Of a stretch of 64,000 bases of DNA, positions 50,511-64,000 are shown piece by piece (the first letter of the stretch is position 1; every line of letters starts with the position of its first letter). Origin of the DNA: an uncultured Actinomycetota bacterium (GTDB taxonomy: Bacteria; Actinomycetota; Actinomycetes; JAFAQI01); assembly GCA_963770565.1 (NCBI GenBank), contig CAVYQE010000001.1, positions 1,440,001 to 1,504,000 on the forward strand, written 5' to 3'. Position numbers and translations under genes: made by a program. The notes beneath the pieces were generated by a model. That model was not told where the DNA came from. It saw nothing but the letters and a program-made list of their open reading frames with translations, and did no database searches.

Positions 50511-50915
50511 TCACTCGGCTCGCTCGAGTACCTGACGAGGACTGAGATGCCAGGTCACCCGGTGCTGCCCCCTGAAGGACTCGGGATCGTCGCCATAACG
50601 ACGCGCCATCGCCATGGCGTCCTCGACGGCGGCCTCGTCGCCTTCCCGAACGAGCTCGGCCGTGCCGGCGAGCCGCACCCAGTGGCCCACCTCTTCGTGG
50701 TCGTGGATGAGGGCACAGATTCTCGTGTCATCCCGCAGGTTCCGCACCCAGCGCCGGTTCACCCGACCGTTCAGGAGGAGACCGTCCGGCTCGACCAGGT
50801 AGTCGACCACGACCAGATGGGGACTTCCGTCGCTGCCAAGAGTCGACAGAATCGCGCGGTGCGGTCCCTCGAGGAACGACCGTACGGCGTCGATGCTCGT
50901 CGGGGCATAATCCAT
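50511..50915 (-). CDS. PPOX-class (putative F420-dependent) oxidoreductase
   Basis: AILSTLGSDGSPH, VRNLRDD, VRLAGTA. Confidence 0.75.
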   Translation of the reverse strand: MDYAPTSIDAVRSFLEGPHRAILSTLGSDGSPHLVVVDYLVEPDGLLLNGRVNRRWVRNLRDDTRICALIHDHEEVGHWVRLAGTAELVREGDEAAVEDAMAMARRYGDDPESFRGQHRVTWHLSPRQVLERAE

Positions 50916-51007
50916 CTCGTCTCCCGGTGCGCCATTCAATCTCATGGCCGATTTTCCCGGCTAGAGCGTGGCTAACCCGCCAAAGCGTCGTGGCGTTATC
51001 GTGCGGT

Positions 51008-51766
51008 GTGCGAGAGGGCGAGCCGTCGCGAACCGCACGTGAGGTGGCCGCGCAGCGACGCCATCTCGATCGGGTGCGCGTCGACTATGGCGACCCGGCC
51101 GCTGACCAGAGCCTGCATGACGACGTCGCGGGCGACTTGCCCTTTCGCGACGACCCGCTGACCGCCTATCTCGCATCGCGCACCCGGTTCTTCGATACGG
51201 CGGTGGTCGACGCGATCGCCGGCGGGGTCCGGCAGGTCGTGGTCGCCGGCGCCGGGTACGACGGCCGCAGCCTGCGCTACGCCGCGCCAGGGGTGACCTG
51301 GTTCGAGCTCGACCATCCGGCGACGCTCGTCGACCGGTCCGCACGACTCGCCCGGCTCGGGATCGACAGCGCAGCTGTCGCAGTCGCGGCGGACTTCTCG
51401 GTCGACGACGTCGGCCCGCGACTGGCGGCCGCGGGACATGACGCCTCGATTGCGTCGCTGGTGATCTGCGAGGGTGTGACGACGTACCTCGAGCGTGCCG
51501 TCGTGGTCGGGCTGCTACGCGCGGTCCGCGACCGGGCCGCAGCCGGCAGCAGGCTGGCGATCGACTTCAGCTTGGTGCCGACCACGTCGCGCGCCCGGCA
51601 GTCGCGGGAACGGCTGAGCGCGCGGGTTGGGTCGCAGGGTGAGCCGTTCCGCTTCGCGCTGCCGGCGGCCGAGCTGCCGGGTCTCCTGCGCGAGGGAGGT
51701 TGGCGGGTCGAGTCCGCCCAGAGCTCGGAGTCGACCGCGTTCGTTCTCGCCTCGCCGTACCCTTGA
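51008..51766 (+). CDS. SAM-dependent methyltransferase (LCM-like)
   Basis: RTRFFD, QVVVAGAGYDGR, FELDHP, CEGVTTYL. Confidence 0.85.
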   Translation: MREGEPSRTAREVAAQRRHLDRVRVDYGDPAADQSLHDDVAGDLPFRDDPLTAYLASRTRFFDTAVVDAIAGGVRQVVVAGAGYDGRSLRYAAPGVTWFELDHPATLVDRSARLARLGIDSAAVAVAADFSVDDVGPRLAAAGHDASIASLVICEGVTTYLERAVVVGLLRAVRDRAAAGSRLAIDFSLVPTTSRARQSRERLSARVGSQGEPFRFALPAAELPGLLREGGWRVESAQSSESTAFVLASPYP

Positions 51767-51769
51767 TCG

Positions 51770-53200
51770 GTGGACGCGCGGACGTATGAGGTGCGGACGT
51801 ACGGCTGCCAGATGAACGTCCATGACTCCGAGCGGATCTCCGGCCTGCTGGAGGCGGCCGGATACGCCAGACCGGAGCCGGGTGCGGGCGCCGACGTCGT
51901 GGTCTTCAACACCTGCGCGGTGCGCGAGAACGCCGACAACCGGTTGTACGGCAACCTCGGTCAGCTCCTGCCGGTCAAGCAGCAGCACCCGGGCATGCAG
52001 ATAGCGGTCGGTGGCTGTCTCGCACAGAAGGATCAGGGCCGGATCCTCGACCGCGCGCCCTGGGTCGACGTCGTGTTCGGCACGCACAACATCGGCTCAC
52101 TGCCGGTCCTGCTCGAGCGAGCCCGGATCGAGTCCGAGGCGCAGGTCGAGCTGCTGGAGGCGCTCGAGACATTTCCTTCCACGTTGCCGGCTCGGCGGGA
52201 GTCGGCGTACCGCGCGTGGGTCAGCATCAGCGTGGGCTGCAACAACAGTTGCACGTTCTGCATCGTCCCCTCGTTGCGCGGCAAGGAGAAGGACCGCCGC
52301 CCGGGGGAGATCCTGGCCGAGATCGAGATGTTGATCGACTCCGGCGTACTGGAGGTCACCCTGCTCGGGCAGAACGTGAACTCCTATGGGGTGGAGTTCG
52401 GTGACCGGCAGGCGTTCGCGAAGCTGCTGAGGGCGTGCGGCGGGATCGAGGGCCTGGAACGGGTCCGATTCACCTCTCCGCACCCGCGCGACTTCACCGA
52501 CGACGTGATCGCGGCGATGGCCGAGACCCCGAACGTGATGCCGAGCCTGCACATGCCCTTGCAGTCGGGCAGTGACCGGGTGCTCGCGGCGATGCGGCGG
52601 TCGTATCGCGCCGGGCGCTACCTCGGCATCGTCGAACGGGTCAGGGCGGCGATGCCGGACGCTGCGATCACGACCGACATCATCGTCGGTTTCCCGGGTG
52701 AGACCGAAGGCGATTTCGCGCAGACCCTCGACGTGGTGGCGCAGGCCCGCTTCGCGAGCGCCTTCACCTTCCAGTACTCGGTGCGCCCGGGGACTCCGGC
52801 GGCGAGCCTGCCGGACCAGGTGCCGGCGGCGGTGGTCGCGGAGCGCTACTCCCGGCTGGTCGATCTGCTCGAGGACACGTCGCTGGCTGCGGCCCGCAAC
52901 TGTGTCGGCTCGACAGTCGAGGTGCTGATCGCGGAGGGTGAGGGCCGCAAGGACACTGCGACCCGGCGGCTTTCGGGTCGCGCCCGCGACAACCGGTTGG
53001 TCCACGTGGCGGCATGTGATGCACGGCCTGGCGACGTGGTGACCGCGATCGTGAGCCATGCCGCCCCGCACCACCTCATGGCCGACGAGGTGATGGCGGT
53101 TCGTCGTACCCGGGGTGGCGACGCCTGGCAGGCGCGACAGCAGGGCGAGCCGGCCACTACCGCCGTCCTGCTCGGCATGCCCGGCGGATGCCCCGCGTAG
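51770..53200 (+). CDS. miaB: tRNA 2-methylthiotransferase MiaB
   Basis: [40 protein letters not shown] domain. Confidence 0.97.
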   Translation: MDARTYEVRTYGCQMNVHDSERISGLLEAAGYARPEPGAGADVVVFNTCAVRENADNRLYGNLGQLLPVKQQHPGMQIAVGGCLAQKDQGRILDRAPWVDVVFGTHNIGSLPVLLERARIESEAQVELLEALETFPSTLPARRESAYRAWVSISVGCNNSCTFCIVPSLRGKEKDRRPGEILAEIEMLIDSGVLEVTLLGQNVNSYGVEFGDRQAFAKLLRACGGIEGLERVRFTSPHPRDFTDDVIAAMAETPNVMPSLHMPLQSGSDRVLAAMRRSYRAGRYLGIVERVRAAMPDAAITTDIIVGFPGETEGDFAQTLDVVAQARFASAFTFQYSVRPGTPAASLPDQVPAAVVAERYSRLVDLLEDTSLAAARNCVGSTVEVLIAEGEGRKDTATRRLSGRARDNRLVHVAACDARPGDVVTAIVSHAAPHHLMADEVMAVRRTRGGDAWQARQQGEPATTAVLLGMPGGCPA

Positions 53201-54099
53201 TCGCGATCGTTGGACCGACCGCAACCGGCAAGTCGGCACTGGCGATCGCGGTCGCGACGCGGCTCGGCGGCGAGATCGTGAATGCCGACTCGATGCAGCT
53301 GTACCGAGGAATGGACGTCGGCACCGCGAAGCTTGCACCCGACGAGCGGGGTGGGATTGCCCATCACCTGCTCGACATTTGGCCGGTCACACAGACCGCG
53401 AGCGTGGCCGACTACCAGGCCCGCGGCCGCGCTTGCATCGATGAACTGCTCGCGCGCGACGTCACGCCCGTGCTCGTCGGCGGCAGCGGCCTCTATGTAC
53501 GCGCGGTGCTCGACCCGATCGAGTTCCCCGGCACCGATGCGGCGGTTCGCGGCGATCTCGAGGCCGAGCTCGGCGCGGCCGGCGCGCCCGCCTTGCACCG
53601 GCGCCTGGCCGAGGTCGATCCCGCCGCGGCGGCCGCGATCGCGCCCGAGAACGGCCGCAAGATCGTGCGCGCGCTCGAGGTGATCGCGCTGACCGGACGG
53701 CCGTTCACCGCCGCGCTTCCGGCGTACGACCAACCGCGGTACGACGCGGTCCAGATCGGGCTCGACCTGCCGACGCCGGCCCTCGACGAGCGGATCGAGG
53801 CCCGGGTCGCCGCGATGATCGACGCCGGGCTGGTCGCGGAGGTCGAAGGCCTGGCCGCGAACGGGTTGCGCGACGGGGTCACCGCATCGCGAGCGCTGGG
53901 CTACGCCCAGGTCCTGGCCGCGCTGGACGGCCGGACGACGATGGAGCAAGCGGTCGCGAAGACGGCGCAGGCCACCCGGCGCTTCGTCCGGCGGCAGCGC
54001 TCCTGGTTCCGCCGTGACCCGCGGATCCACTGGCTCGAGCCCGGCACCGCGGGCGCCGCGGCGCTTGCGGAACGGGCGATCGGCCTCGCCGCCGATTGA
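53188..54099 (+). CDS. miaA: tRNA dimethylallyltransferase
   Basis: [37 protein letters not shown]. Confidence 0.97.
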   Translation: MPRVVAIVGPTATGKSALAIAVATRLGGEIVNADSMQLYRGMDVGTAKLAPDERGGIAHHLLDIWPVTQTASVADYQARGRACIDELLARDVTPVLVGGSGLYVRAVLDPIEFPGTDAAVRGDLEAELGAAGAPALHRRLAEVDPAAAAAIAPENGRKIVRALEVIALTGRPFTAALPAYDQPRYDAVQIGLDLPTPALDERIEARVAAMIDAGLVAEVEGLAANGLRDGVTASRALGYAQVLAALDGRTTMEQAVAKTAQATRRFVRRQRSWFRRDPRIHWLEPGTAGAAALAERAIGLAAD

Positions 54100-54204
54100 G
54101 CCGTACGGCGTGTCGAACATGGCCATAACGGGTCATGTGGCAACGATCAAGGCCGGTCGATGCATCGGTCATGCGTCGATGGTGACGCGTGCGGGGAGGG
54201 GACC

Positions 54205-55038
54205 ATGTCGAGCGCTGACCTCGATCTCATGCCGGCGCTGGCGCGCGCCGTGGACGAGGACACGCTGGTCGTGCACTTCCAGCCCGAGGTGGACCTCGCC
54301 AGCGGGGCCGTGGTCGGCATGGAGGCGCTGGTCCGCTGGCAGCATCCGCAGCGCGGACTCCTGTGGCCGGTGGACTTCTTGTCGGTGGCCGACCGGGCCG
54401 GGCTGCTGCCGGTGCTCGGATGGGAGGTCCTGCGCCGCGGCGCGAAGGAGCTCGCGACCTGGAAGTCCTTGCCGCCGCTGGCCGACCACTCGCCCCGCCA
54501 GCTCTGGGTGAACGTCTCGGCGTCGCAGTTGCTCGAGGCCGACTTCGCCGAGCGGATCGCTGACCTGGTGGCCGAGTTCGATCTCGCGCCGGACACCCTC
54601 GGCCTTGAGCTGACCGACGAGACGCTGGCCACCGGGAGCCGGCACGCGCCCGCACTGATGGACGAGCTCCGCGGGGCCGGTGTCGTACTCGCCCTCGACG
54701 ACTTCGGCAGCTGGTATTCGGCGCTCGGCACCTTGGGAGAGCTGCCGATCGTCGCGGTCAAGCTGGACCGCGCCTTCGTGCGCGGTGTCGGCTCCGACCT
54801 GGAGGACGACTCGATCGTGTCGTCGGTGATCGCGCTCGCGCACGCGCACGGGGTGCGAGTGGTCGCCGAAGGGGTCGAGAGCTGGAGCGAAGGGGCCCGG
54901 CTCTGCGAGCTCGGATGCGATCGCGGGGTGGGCTACTTGTTCAGCGGTCCGCAGCTGGCCGAGCACGCCCGGCTGATGTTGGCGCACGGCGCGGGCTGGA
55001 CCGCTCCGACCGGCGGACGCCTACCCTGGCAGGTATGA
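54205..55038 (+). CDS. Stand-alone EAL-domain protein
   Basis: FQP, EALVRW, VNVS, DDFG, KLDR, AEGVE. Confidence 0.88.
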   Translation: MSSADLDLMPALARAVDEDTLVVHFQPEVDLASGAVVGMEALVRWQHPQRGLLWPVDFLSVADRAGLLPVLGWEVLRRGAKELATWKSLPPLADHSPRQLWVNVSASQLLEADFAERIADLVAEFDLAPDTLGLELTDETLATGSRHAPALMDELRGAGVVLALDDFGSWYSALGTLGELPIVAVKLDRAFVRGVGSDLEDDSIVSSVIALAHAHGVRVVAEGVESWSEGARLCELGCDRGVGYLFSGPQLAEHARLMLAHGAGWTAPTGGRLPWQV

Positions 55039-55859
55039 ACGTCGGCAGCCTCGCCTTTGTCAAAGGCCATGGCACGGAGAACGACTTCATCGTGCTGCCC
55101 GACGTCGACGGAGAGCTCGACGCCGATCTGGTACGCGCCCTCTGCGACCGCTATGCGGGCATCGGCGCCGACGGCGTGCTCGCCGTCGGCCGCGACGGCG
55201 ATGCCTTCTTCATGGACTACCGCAATGCCGACGGTTCGATCGCGGAGACCTGCGGGAACGGCATCCGGGTCTTTGCCCGCTACCTGGTCGAGGCGGGTCT
55301 GAGCCCGGCCGGCGTGATGACGATCGGCACCCGCAGCGGGCCGCGCGTGGTGACGGTGCCAGCCGACGGCGGCGACATCACCGTCGACATGGGCTTTGCC
55401 GCCCGGATCGATGACGCCGAGGTCGGCGTCGGCTCGTCGTCGTGGAAGGCGAGCGGCTGGTCGATGGGCAATCCACACCTCGTCGTCGTGGATGCCGCGC
55501 CGATCGACGCCGTCGACCTGTCGGTGCCACCGACGATCGAACCGGCGACTGCGTATCCGGATGGCGTCAACGTTGAATTGCTCGAGTCGATCGGGCCGCA
55601 CCACCTGCGGATGCGGGTGCACGAGCGCGGGGTCGGCGAAACCCGGTCCTGTGGCTCGGGTGCCTGCGCAGCCGCGGTCGCTGCGATGGATGCCGCCGGC
55701 GAGCGCACGTCGTACGTCGTCGACGTGCTCGGTGGACGCTTGATCGTGGAGTGGCGTGAGGACGGCTCGGTGCTGATGACCGGGCCGGCGGTCCTGGTCG
55801 GCTCGGGAACGGTCGACGTGGGCGCGCTGCGCCGGGCCGAAATCGAGTCGTCGGCGTGA
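55035..55859 (+). CDS. dapF: Diaminopimelate epimerase
   Basis: KGHGTENDF, ETCGNGIR, MGNPH, ERGVGETRSCGSG. Confidence 0.96.
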   Translation: MNVGSLAFVKGHGTENDFIVLPDVDGELDADLVRALCDRYAGIGADGVLAVGRDGDAFFMDYRNADGSIAETCGNGIRVFARYLVEAGLSPAGVMTIGTRSGPRVVTVPADGGDITVDMGFAARIDDAEVGVGSSSWKASGWSMGNPHLVVVDAAPIDAVDLSVPPTIEPATAYPDGVNVELLESIGPHHLRMRVHERGVGETRSCGSGACAAAVAAMDAAGERTSYVVDVLGGRLIVEWREDGSVLMTGPAVLVGSGTVDVGALRRAEIESSA

Positions 55860-55884
55860 TGAGTGCGTGCCACCATGGTCTTCG

Positions 55885-57276
55885 ATGACCGCTGAACCGC
55901 TGGAACCCCACGACATCGTCGGCCTGGAGCTCGAGGAGCGCCAGGCGCTTCGGCGGGTCCAGGGGATCTCGACCGAGCTCGCCGACGTCACCGAGGTCGA
56001 ATACCGCCAGCTGCGGCTCGAGCGCGTGGTGCTGGTGGGGGTATGGACCGACGGGACGCTCGAGTCGGCCGAGGCGTCGATGGCCGAACTGGCCGCGCTC
56101 GCCGAGACCGCCGGCTCGATGGTGCTCGAGGGCCTGATCCAGCGCCGTACGACGCCGGACTCGGCCACCTTCATCGGATCAGGCAAGGCCAAGGAGCTGC
56201 GCGACATCGTGGCGTCGAGCGGCGCCGACACCGTGGTCTGCGATGGAGAGCTCACGCCGAGCCAGCTCCGCCGACTCGAGGACGTGGTGAAGGTCAAGGT
56301 CGTCGACCGGACCGCGCTGATCCTCGACATCTTTGCCCAGCACGCGCGCAGCAAGGAGGGCAAGGCGCAGGTCGAGCTGGCCCAGCTCGAGTACATGCTG
56401 CCGAGACTGCGCGGCTGGGGCGAGTCGTTGTCACGGCAGGCCGGTGGCCGAGTGGCCGGCGGCGGCGGGATCGGGACGCGCGGTCCCGGCGAGACCAAGA
56501 TCGAGACCGACCGGCGCCGGATCCGCGCGCGGACCGCCAAGCTGCGGCGCGAGATCGCGGGGATGCGTACCGCCCGCGACGTCAAGCGGCAGGAGCGCCG
56601 ACGCCGATCCGTGCCATCGGTGGTGATCGCCGGTTACACCAACGCGGGCAAGTCCTCGCTGCTCAACCAGCTGACCGACGCCGGGGTGCTGGTCGAGGAC
56701 GCGCTGTTCGCCACCCTGGATCCGACCGTCCGGCGGGCCGAGACGGCCGATGGGCGTGGGTTCACCGTGGCCGACACGGTCGGGTTCGTTCGGCACCTGC
56801 CGCACCAGCTGGTCGAGGCGTTCCGTTCGACCCTGGAGGAAGTGGCTCAGGCGGACCTGATCGTGCATGTGGTCGACGGCTCCGATGCCGAGCCGGCGTC
56901 ACAGCTCGCGGCGGTGCGCGAGGTGTTCGCGGACATCGATGCGCTCGACGTCCCCGAGCTGGTGGTGATCAACAAGGCCGATATCGCCGATCCGGACGTC
57001 ATGGCGCAGCTGCGGCGGGCCGAGCCGACGGCGTGCGTGGTCTCGGCGCGGACCGGTGCCGGGCTGGACGAGCTGCGCGCACGGCTGAGCGACCTGCTCC
57101 CGCGTCCGGATATCCCGATGACGTTGCTCATTCCGTTTGCCAACGGCGACGTGGTCTCGCGGGTGCATCAGCACGGGGAGATCAAGGCGGTTTCCCATAC
57201 TGCCGAGGGAACCCGCATGGAAGCACGCCTACCGGCCTGGCTGGCCGGCGAAGTGGCGTCGTACGCGGTCCAGTGA
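55885..57276 (+). CDS. hflX: GTPase HflX
   Basis: RGPGETKIETDRR, GYTNAGKS, FATLDPT, DTVGF, NKAD. Confidence 0.97.
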   Translation: MTAEPLEPHDIVGLELEERQALRRVQGISTELADVTEVEYRQLRLERVVLVGVWTDGTLESAEASMAELAALAETAGSMVLEGLIQRRTTPDSATFIGSGKAKELRDIVASSGADTVVCDGELTPSQLRRLEDVVKVKVVDRTALILDIFAQHARSKEGKAQVELAQLEYMLPRLRGWGESLSRQAGGRVAGGGGIGTRGPGETKIETDRRRIRARTAKLRREIAGMRTARDVKRQERRRRSVPSVVIAGYTNAGKSSLLNQLTDAGVLVEDALFATLDPTVRRAETADGRGFTVADTVGFVRHLPHQLVEAFRSTLEEVAQADLIVHVVDGSDAEPASQLAAVREVFADIDALDVPELVVINKADIADPDVMAQLRRAEPTACVVSARTGAGLDELRARLSDLLPRPDIPMTLLIPFANGDVVSRVHQHGEIKAVSHTAEGTRMEARLPAWLAGEVASYAVQ

Positions 57277-58307
57277 GGTCCGTCGCGCTGCTCGCGGTCG
57301 GACTCGCGGTCGCTGTGGGCCTCGCCACGCCCAGCGCTGCGGCGGCGGCCCAGCACGCCCATTCGGCTGACAAGCCGAACCCGGTCGCCGACCCCGCGCA
57401 GAACACCTCGCCGAGCGCCGCCTTCGTCGACGCCTGTTCGGGGATGGGCACCACCGTCGCGGCCAACCGCACCTGCGACAAGGCGGCGCTGCGCGACTTC
57501 GACAAGGTGCGCAAGGGCGAGGGCCTCGGACCGATGACGTTGCCGGGTGACTTCGCCAGCCTGTCCGTGGCCAGCCAGCTGCTCGCGATCTCGAACATCG
57601 AACGGGTCGACCGCGGCCGCCGCGCGGTGCTCGGCCGGTCAAAGTCGCTCGACACGCTGGCCCGTCAAGGTGCCAAGCAGGATCGCGACCCGGACTTCCC
57701 GAACGGCTGCAACTGCGCGGGGGGCGCCAACTGGGCCTCAGCCGGCAACTCGGCGCTGCTCGACGACTTCTACTGGATGTACGACGACGGGCCGGGTTCG
57801 TTCAACGAGGATTGCCAGCATGCGGGTGACCCGGGCTGCTGGGGACACCGCCACGACATCATCAACGCCTACCCGGCCCCCGTGGTGATGGGCGCGGCGG
57901 CGGCGTACGGCACCCAGTACAACACGTCGATGACCGAGGAGTTCATCGGTGGTAACGCCAGCTTCAAGGTCAACGTGTCGCCGACCTGGCACGCGATCGC
58001 CATGACGTTCCCGATCAGGATCGCGATCTCGGCGAGCCGGTCGACCGTCTCCTCCGGCGCGGCCGTGACGGTGTCCGGCGCGCTCACCCGGGCGGTCGTG
58101 CACTCGGCGGTCGCCAAGCAGGTCGTGCAGTTGCAGCACCGGGTCGCCGGTCACTGGGTCGCGCTGACGCGTGCCTCGACCGGCGCGCACGGGGTGGTGC
58201 GGTTCCGGCTGCATCCGACGAAGTCCTCGTCGTACCGGCTGGTGGCGCTGGCCAGCAGCGGTGCTCACCTTGCGGCGAGCACGGCGCTCGCGATCGCGGT
58301 GGCTTAG
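57273..58307 (+). CDS. Secreted protein with CAP/SCP-like domain and C-terminal beta-rich domain
   Basis: Signal peptide; SNIERVDRG...WMYDDG...CWGHRHDII resembles the CAP signature. Confidence 0.65.
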   Translation: MRSVALLAVGLAVAVGLATPSAAAAAQHAHSADKPNPVADPAQNTSPSAAFVDACSGMGTTVAANRTCDKAALRDFDKVRKGEGLGPMTLPGDFASLSVASQLLAISNIERVDRGRRAVLGRSKSLDTLARQGAKQDRDPDFPNGCNCAGGANWASAGNSALLDDFYWMYDDGPGSFNEDCQHAGDPGCWGHRHDIINAYPAPVVMGAAAAYGTQYNTSMTEEFIGGNASFKVNVSPTWHAIAMTFPIRIAISASRSTVSSGAAVTVSGALTRAVVHSAVAKQVVQLQHRVAGHWVALTRASTGAHGVVRFRLHPTKSSSYRLVALASSGAHLAASTALAIAVA

Positions 58308-59035
58308 ACCCTTCGCAGCACCGCGGTGACCCGGCCCAGGATGGTCGCGTCGTCACCGTCGATCGGTGAGTAGTCGGGGTTGTGGGGGAGCAGCCAGACG
58401 TGGCCGTCCTTGCGGCTGAGCGTCTTCACCGTCGCTTCGTTGTCGAGCAGTGCCGCGACGATCTGGCCCGGGTCGGCGTCGGGCTGGCGGCGGACCACGA
58501 CCCAGTCGCCGTCGGTGATCGCGGCGTCGATCATCGAGTCACCCACGACCTGCAGCAGGAACAGCTCGCCGTCGCCGACGATCTGGCGGGGGAGCGCGAA
58601 CACGTCCTCGACCGCCTGCTCGGCGAGGATCGGGCCGCCGGCCGCGATCCGGCCGAGGACCGGCACATACGCCGGGGTCGGGCGGTCGTCGCCCTCGCCG
58701 GTCGGGTCGTCGGGCACGCCGGCCGGGACCTTGACCTCGACCGCGCGCGGCCGGTTGGCGTCGCGGCGCAGGTAGCCCTTGCGCTCGAGCGTCGTCAGCT
58801 GGTGCGCGACGCTCGAGGTCGAGGTCAGCCCGACCGCCTCGCCGATCTCGCGCATCGACGGGGGATAGCCGCGGCTGACCACCGAGTCGCGGATGACCTC
58901 GAGAACCTTGCGCTGGCGGGGGGTGAGTCCGGTGGCGTCCGGCGGGCCGTCCGGGATCTCGCTGACCGGGTTGGCGGCGTCCTTGCTGCCCTTGCCGCCC
59001 CGGTTGCCGCTGCCTGCGTCGCTGCTCTTGGTCAT
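58304..59035 (-). CDS. lexA: SOS repressor LexA
   Basis: [18 protein letters not shown] (Ala-Gly cleavage site), GDSM, ATVK. Confidence 0.97.
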   Translation of the reverse strand: MTKSSDAGSGNRGGKGSKDAANPVSEIPDGPPDATGLTPRQRKVLEVIRDSVVSRGYPPSMREIGEAVGLTSTSSVAHQLTTLERKGYLRRDANRPRAVEVKVPAGVPDDPTGEGDDRPTPAYVPVLGRIAAGGPILAEQAVEDVFALPRQIVGDGELFLLQVVGDSMIDAAITDGDWVVVRRQPDADPGQIVAALLDNEATVKTLSRKDGHVWLLPHNPDYSPIDGDDATILGRVTAVLRRV

Positions 59036-59066
59036 GAACGCACCGTAGCCATCCGGCGACCCGGAT

Positions 59067-59150
59067 TCAAACACCTGTTCGAACGTGTCGCGATTTTGTC
59101 GCCGGGCCGTGTTATAACTCGTACAGGCGTTCGATCGAACGTAGGTTCGA
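59067..59150. promoter_or_regulatory. Three LexA boxes in the lexA/LysM divergent promoter
   Basis: TCAAACACCTGTTCGA (59067-59082), TCGTACAGGCGTTCGA (59119-59134), TCGAACGTAGGTTCGA (59135-59150). Confidence 0.85.
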
Positions 59151-59164
59151 GTGAGCGACCGTCG

Positions 59165-59233
59165 GGAATGGATCCGGAATGGATCCGGAATGGATCCGGA
59201 ATGGGTCCGGAATGGGTCCGGAATGGATGCGGA
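59165..59233 (+). repeat. Tandem repeat, 6 x 11 bp (GGAATGGATCC)
   Basis: 3 x GGAATGGATCC, 2 x GGAATGGGTCC, 1 x GGAATGGATGC, running into the GGAGGA RBS. Confidence 0.92.
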
Positions 59234-59241
59234 GGACGACG

Positions 59242-59565
59242 ATGACAACCAAGACCCTGGAACGTCGATCGCCGGTGCGGCTGACCCGACGGGGCAGGTT
59301 CGCGCTCGTGCTGAGCGTGATGGTCGCGCTGGTCGTCGCCGGCTTCGGCCTCGGGCGTTCGGAGAGCTTGGCGGCCGGCCGGGTCCATCCGCCGGCCCGG
59401 CACACGGTGGTGGTCCAGGCCGGTGAGACCTTGTGGTCGGTCGCCGTGCGGGCCGAGCCGAACGTCGATCCCCGGCGCGTGGTGGCCGAGATCGAGGCCG
59501 CCAACCACCTGCGAACCGCGGCGGTCGAGCCCGGCGAGCAGCTGGTGCTGCCGAACCGGGGGTAG
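59242..59565 (+). CDS. LysM-domain membrane protein (ChiZ/YneA-like SOS division inhibitor)
   Basis: RLTRRGR, TM helix, [12 protein letters not shown]...PGEQLVLP; divergent from lexA. Confidence 0.85.
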   Translation: MTTKTLERRSPVRLTRRGRFALVLSVMVALVVAGFGLGRSESLAAGRVHPPARHTVVVQAGETLWSVAVRAEPNVDPRRVVAEIEAANHLRTAAVEPGEQLVLPNRG

Positions 59566-59635
59566 TCGCCCGACACGCCGGGAAAACTTCCGCGGTAGTG
59601 CTTGCGCGAATGGGTCGGACGACGTAGCGTTCGCT

Positions 59636-59651
59636 CCCCAACATCTTGTGT
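59636..59651. promoter_or_regulatory. Putative NrdR box
   Basis: CCCCAACATCTTGTGT fits acaCwAtATaTwGtg; upstream of nrdR-nrdJ. Confidence 0.6.
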
Positions 59652-59748
59652 TACACCGTTGTAGTTTCCTCCACAGGTTGTGGAACACCGGATCCACAGG
59701 GTGTGGATCACAGAACCGTTATCGGCGTGGGTCGGAGGTGAGAAAGCG

Positions 59749-60249
59749 ATGCATTGTCCGTTCTGTCGCTTTCCTGACTCCCGCGTCGTCGATTCCCGCG
59801 AGACCGAGGACGGCGCGGCGATCCGCCGCCGCCGGTCCTGCCCGGAGTGTGGCCGCCGGTTCACCACGCTCGAGACCGCGAGCCTGAGCGTGGTCAAGCG
59901 GTCCGGCGCCTGCGAGCCGTTCAGCCGGGCCAAGGTGATCGACGGCGTCCGCAAGGCCTGTTCGGGGCGCCCGGTCGACGAGGACGCGCTGGCCCGCCTC
60001 GGCCAGCAGGTCGAGGAGACGATCCGGGCCAGCGGCCTGGCCGAGATCCCGGCGCACGAGGTCGGGCTGGCGATCCTGGAGCCGCTCAGCGCCCTGGACG
60101 AGGTCGCCTACATCCGCTTCGCCAGCGTCTACCGCAACTTCACCTCGCTCGACGACTTCGTGATCGAGGTGGCCGCAATTCGTGAGCAGGACCGGCCCGA
60201 TACCACCCCCGAGCCGGGAGTGCTCCCGGCCGCCCCAGCGTTGAACTAA
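59749..60249 (+). CDS. nrdR: Transcriptional repressor NrdR
   Basis: [27 protein letters not shown] cone, AYIRFASVY. Confidence 0.97.
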   Translation: MHCPFCRFPDSRVVDSRETEDGAAIRRRRSCPECGRRFTTLETASLSVVKRSGACEPFSRAKVIDGVRKACSGRPVDEDALARLGQQVEETIRASGLAEIPAHEVGLAILEPLSALDEVAYIRFASVYRNFTSLDDFVIEVAAIREQDRPDTTPEPGVLPAAPALN

Positions 60250-60270
60250 AAAGCACCCGAAAGGACTTCG

Positions 60271-64000
<3,730 letters not shown>

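Noticed and set aside
59165-59233. Possible CRISPR array, or N-terminal coding repeat of the LysM ORF
   Set aside because: No spacers, unit length is not a multiple of 3, and the best RBS points to the ATG at 59242

Overview
High-GC actinobacterial chromosome segment made mostly of conserved core genes. In order: proS (5'-truncated), rimP-nusA-ylxR-infB-rbfA-truB-ribF, rpsO-pnp-M16 peptidase-dapB, an accessory interval (about 14.5-24.9 kb), thyX-dapA-rnj, ftsK-rodZ-rimO-pgsA-cinA-clgR, lhr, recA-recX-rny, a Zn/Mn ABC transporter with small accessory genes, miaB-miaA-EAL-dapF-hflX, lexA with a divergent LysM gene, and nrdR-nrdJ (3'-truncated). The accessory interval holds a PLP aminotransferase, a DUF222/HNH gene, a frameshifted IS481-family element with a 15-bp target duplication, a CutRS/VanRS-like two-component system facing a GT-C-like membrane protein, VOC proteins and an rsgA-family GTPase. 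Most notable observations: (1) nrdJ carries a 357-aa LAGLIDADG intein at one catalytic Cys, while its other active-site motifs (NPCSE/SCNLASLNL and APTGT) are written in sharply localised AT-ending synonymous codons, suggesting recoding of empty homing sites; (2) the IS landed in, and duplicated part of, the PafBC/LexA DNA-damage promoter of a cysteine-less HNH gene; (3) a 6 x 11-bp tandem array sits in the SOS-controlled leader of the LysM gene. No rRNA, tRNA or CRISPR array was recognised. All calls come from reading motifs by eye; no searches were run, and start codons are best estimates.
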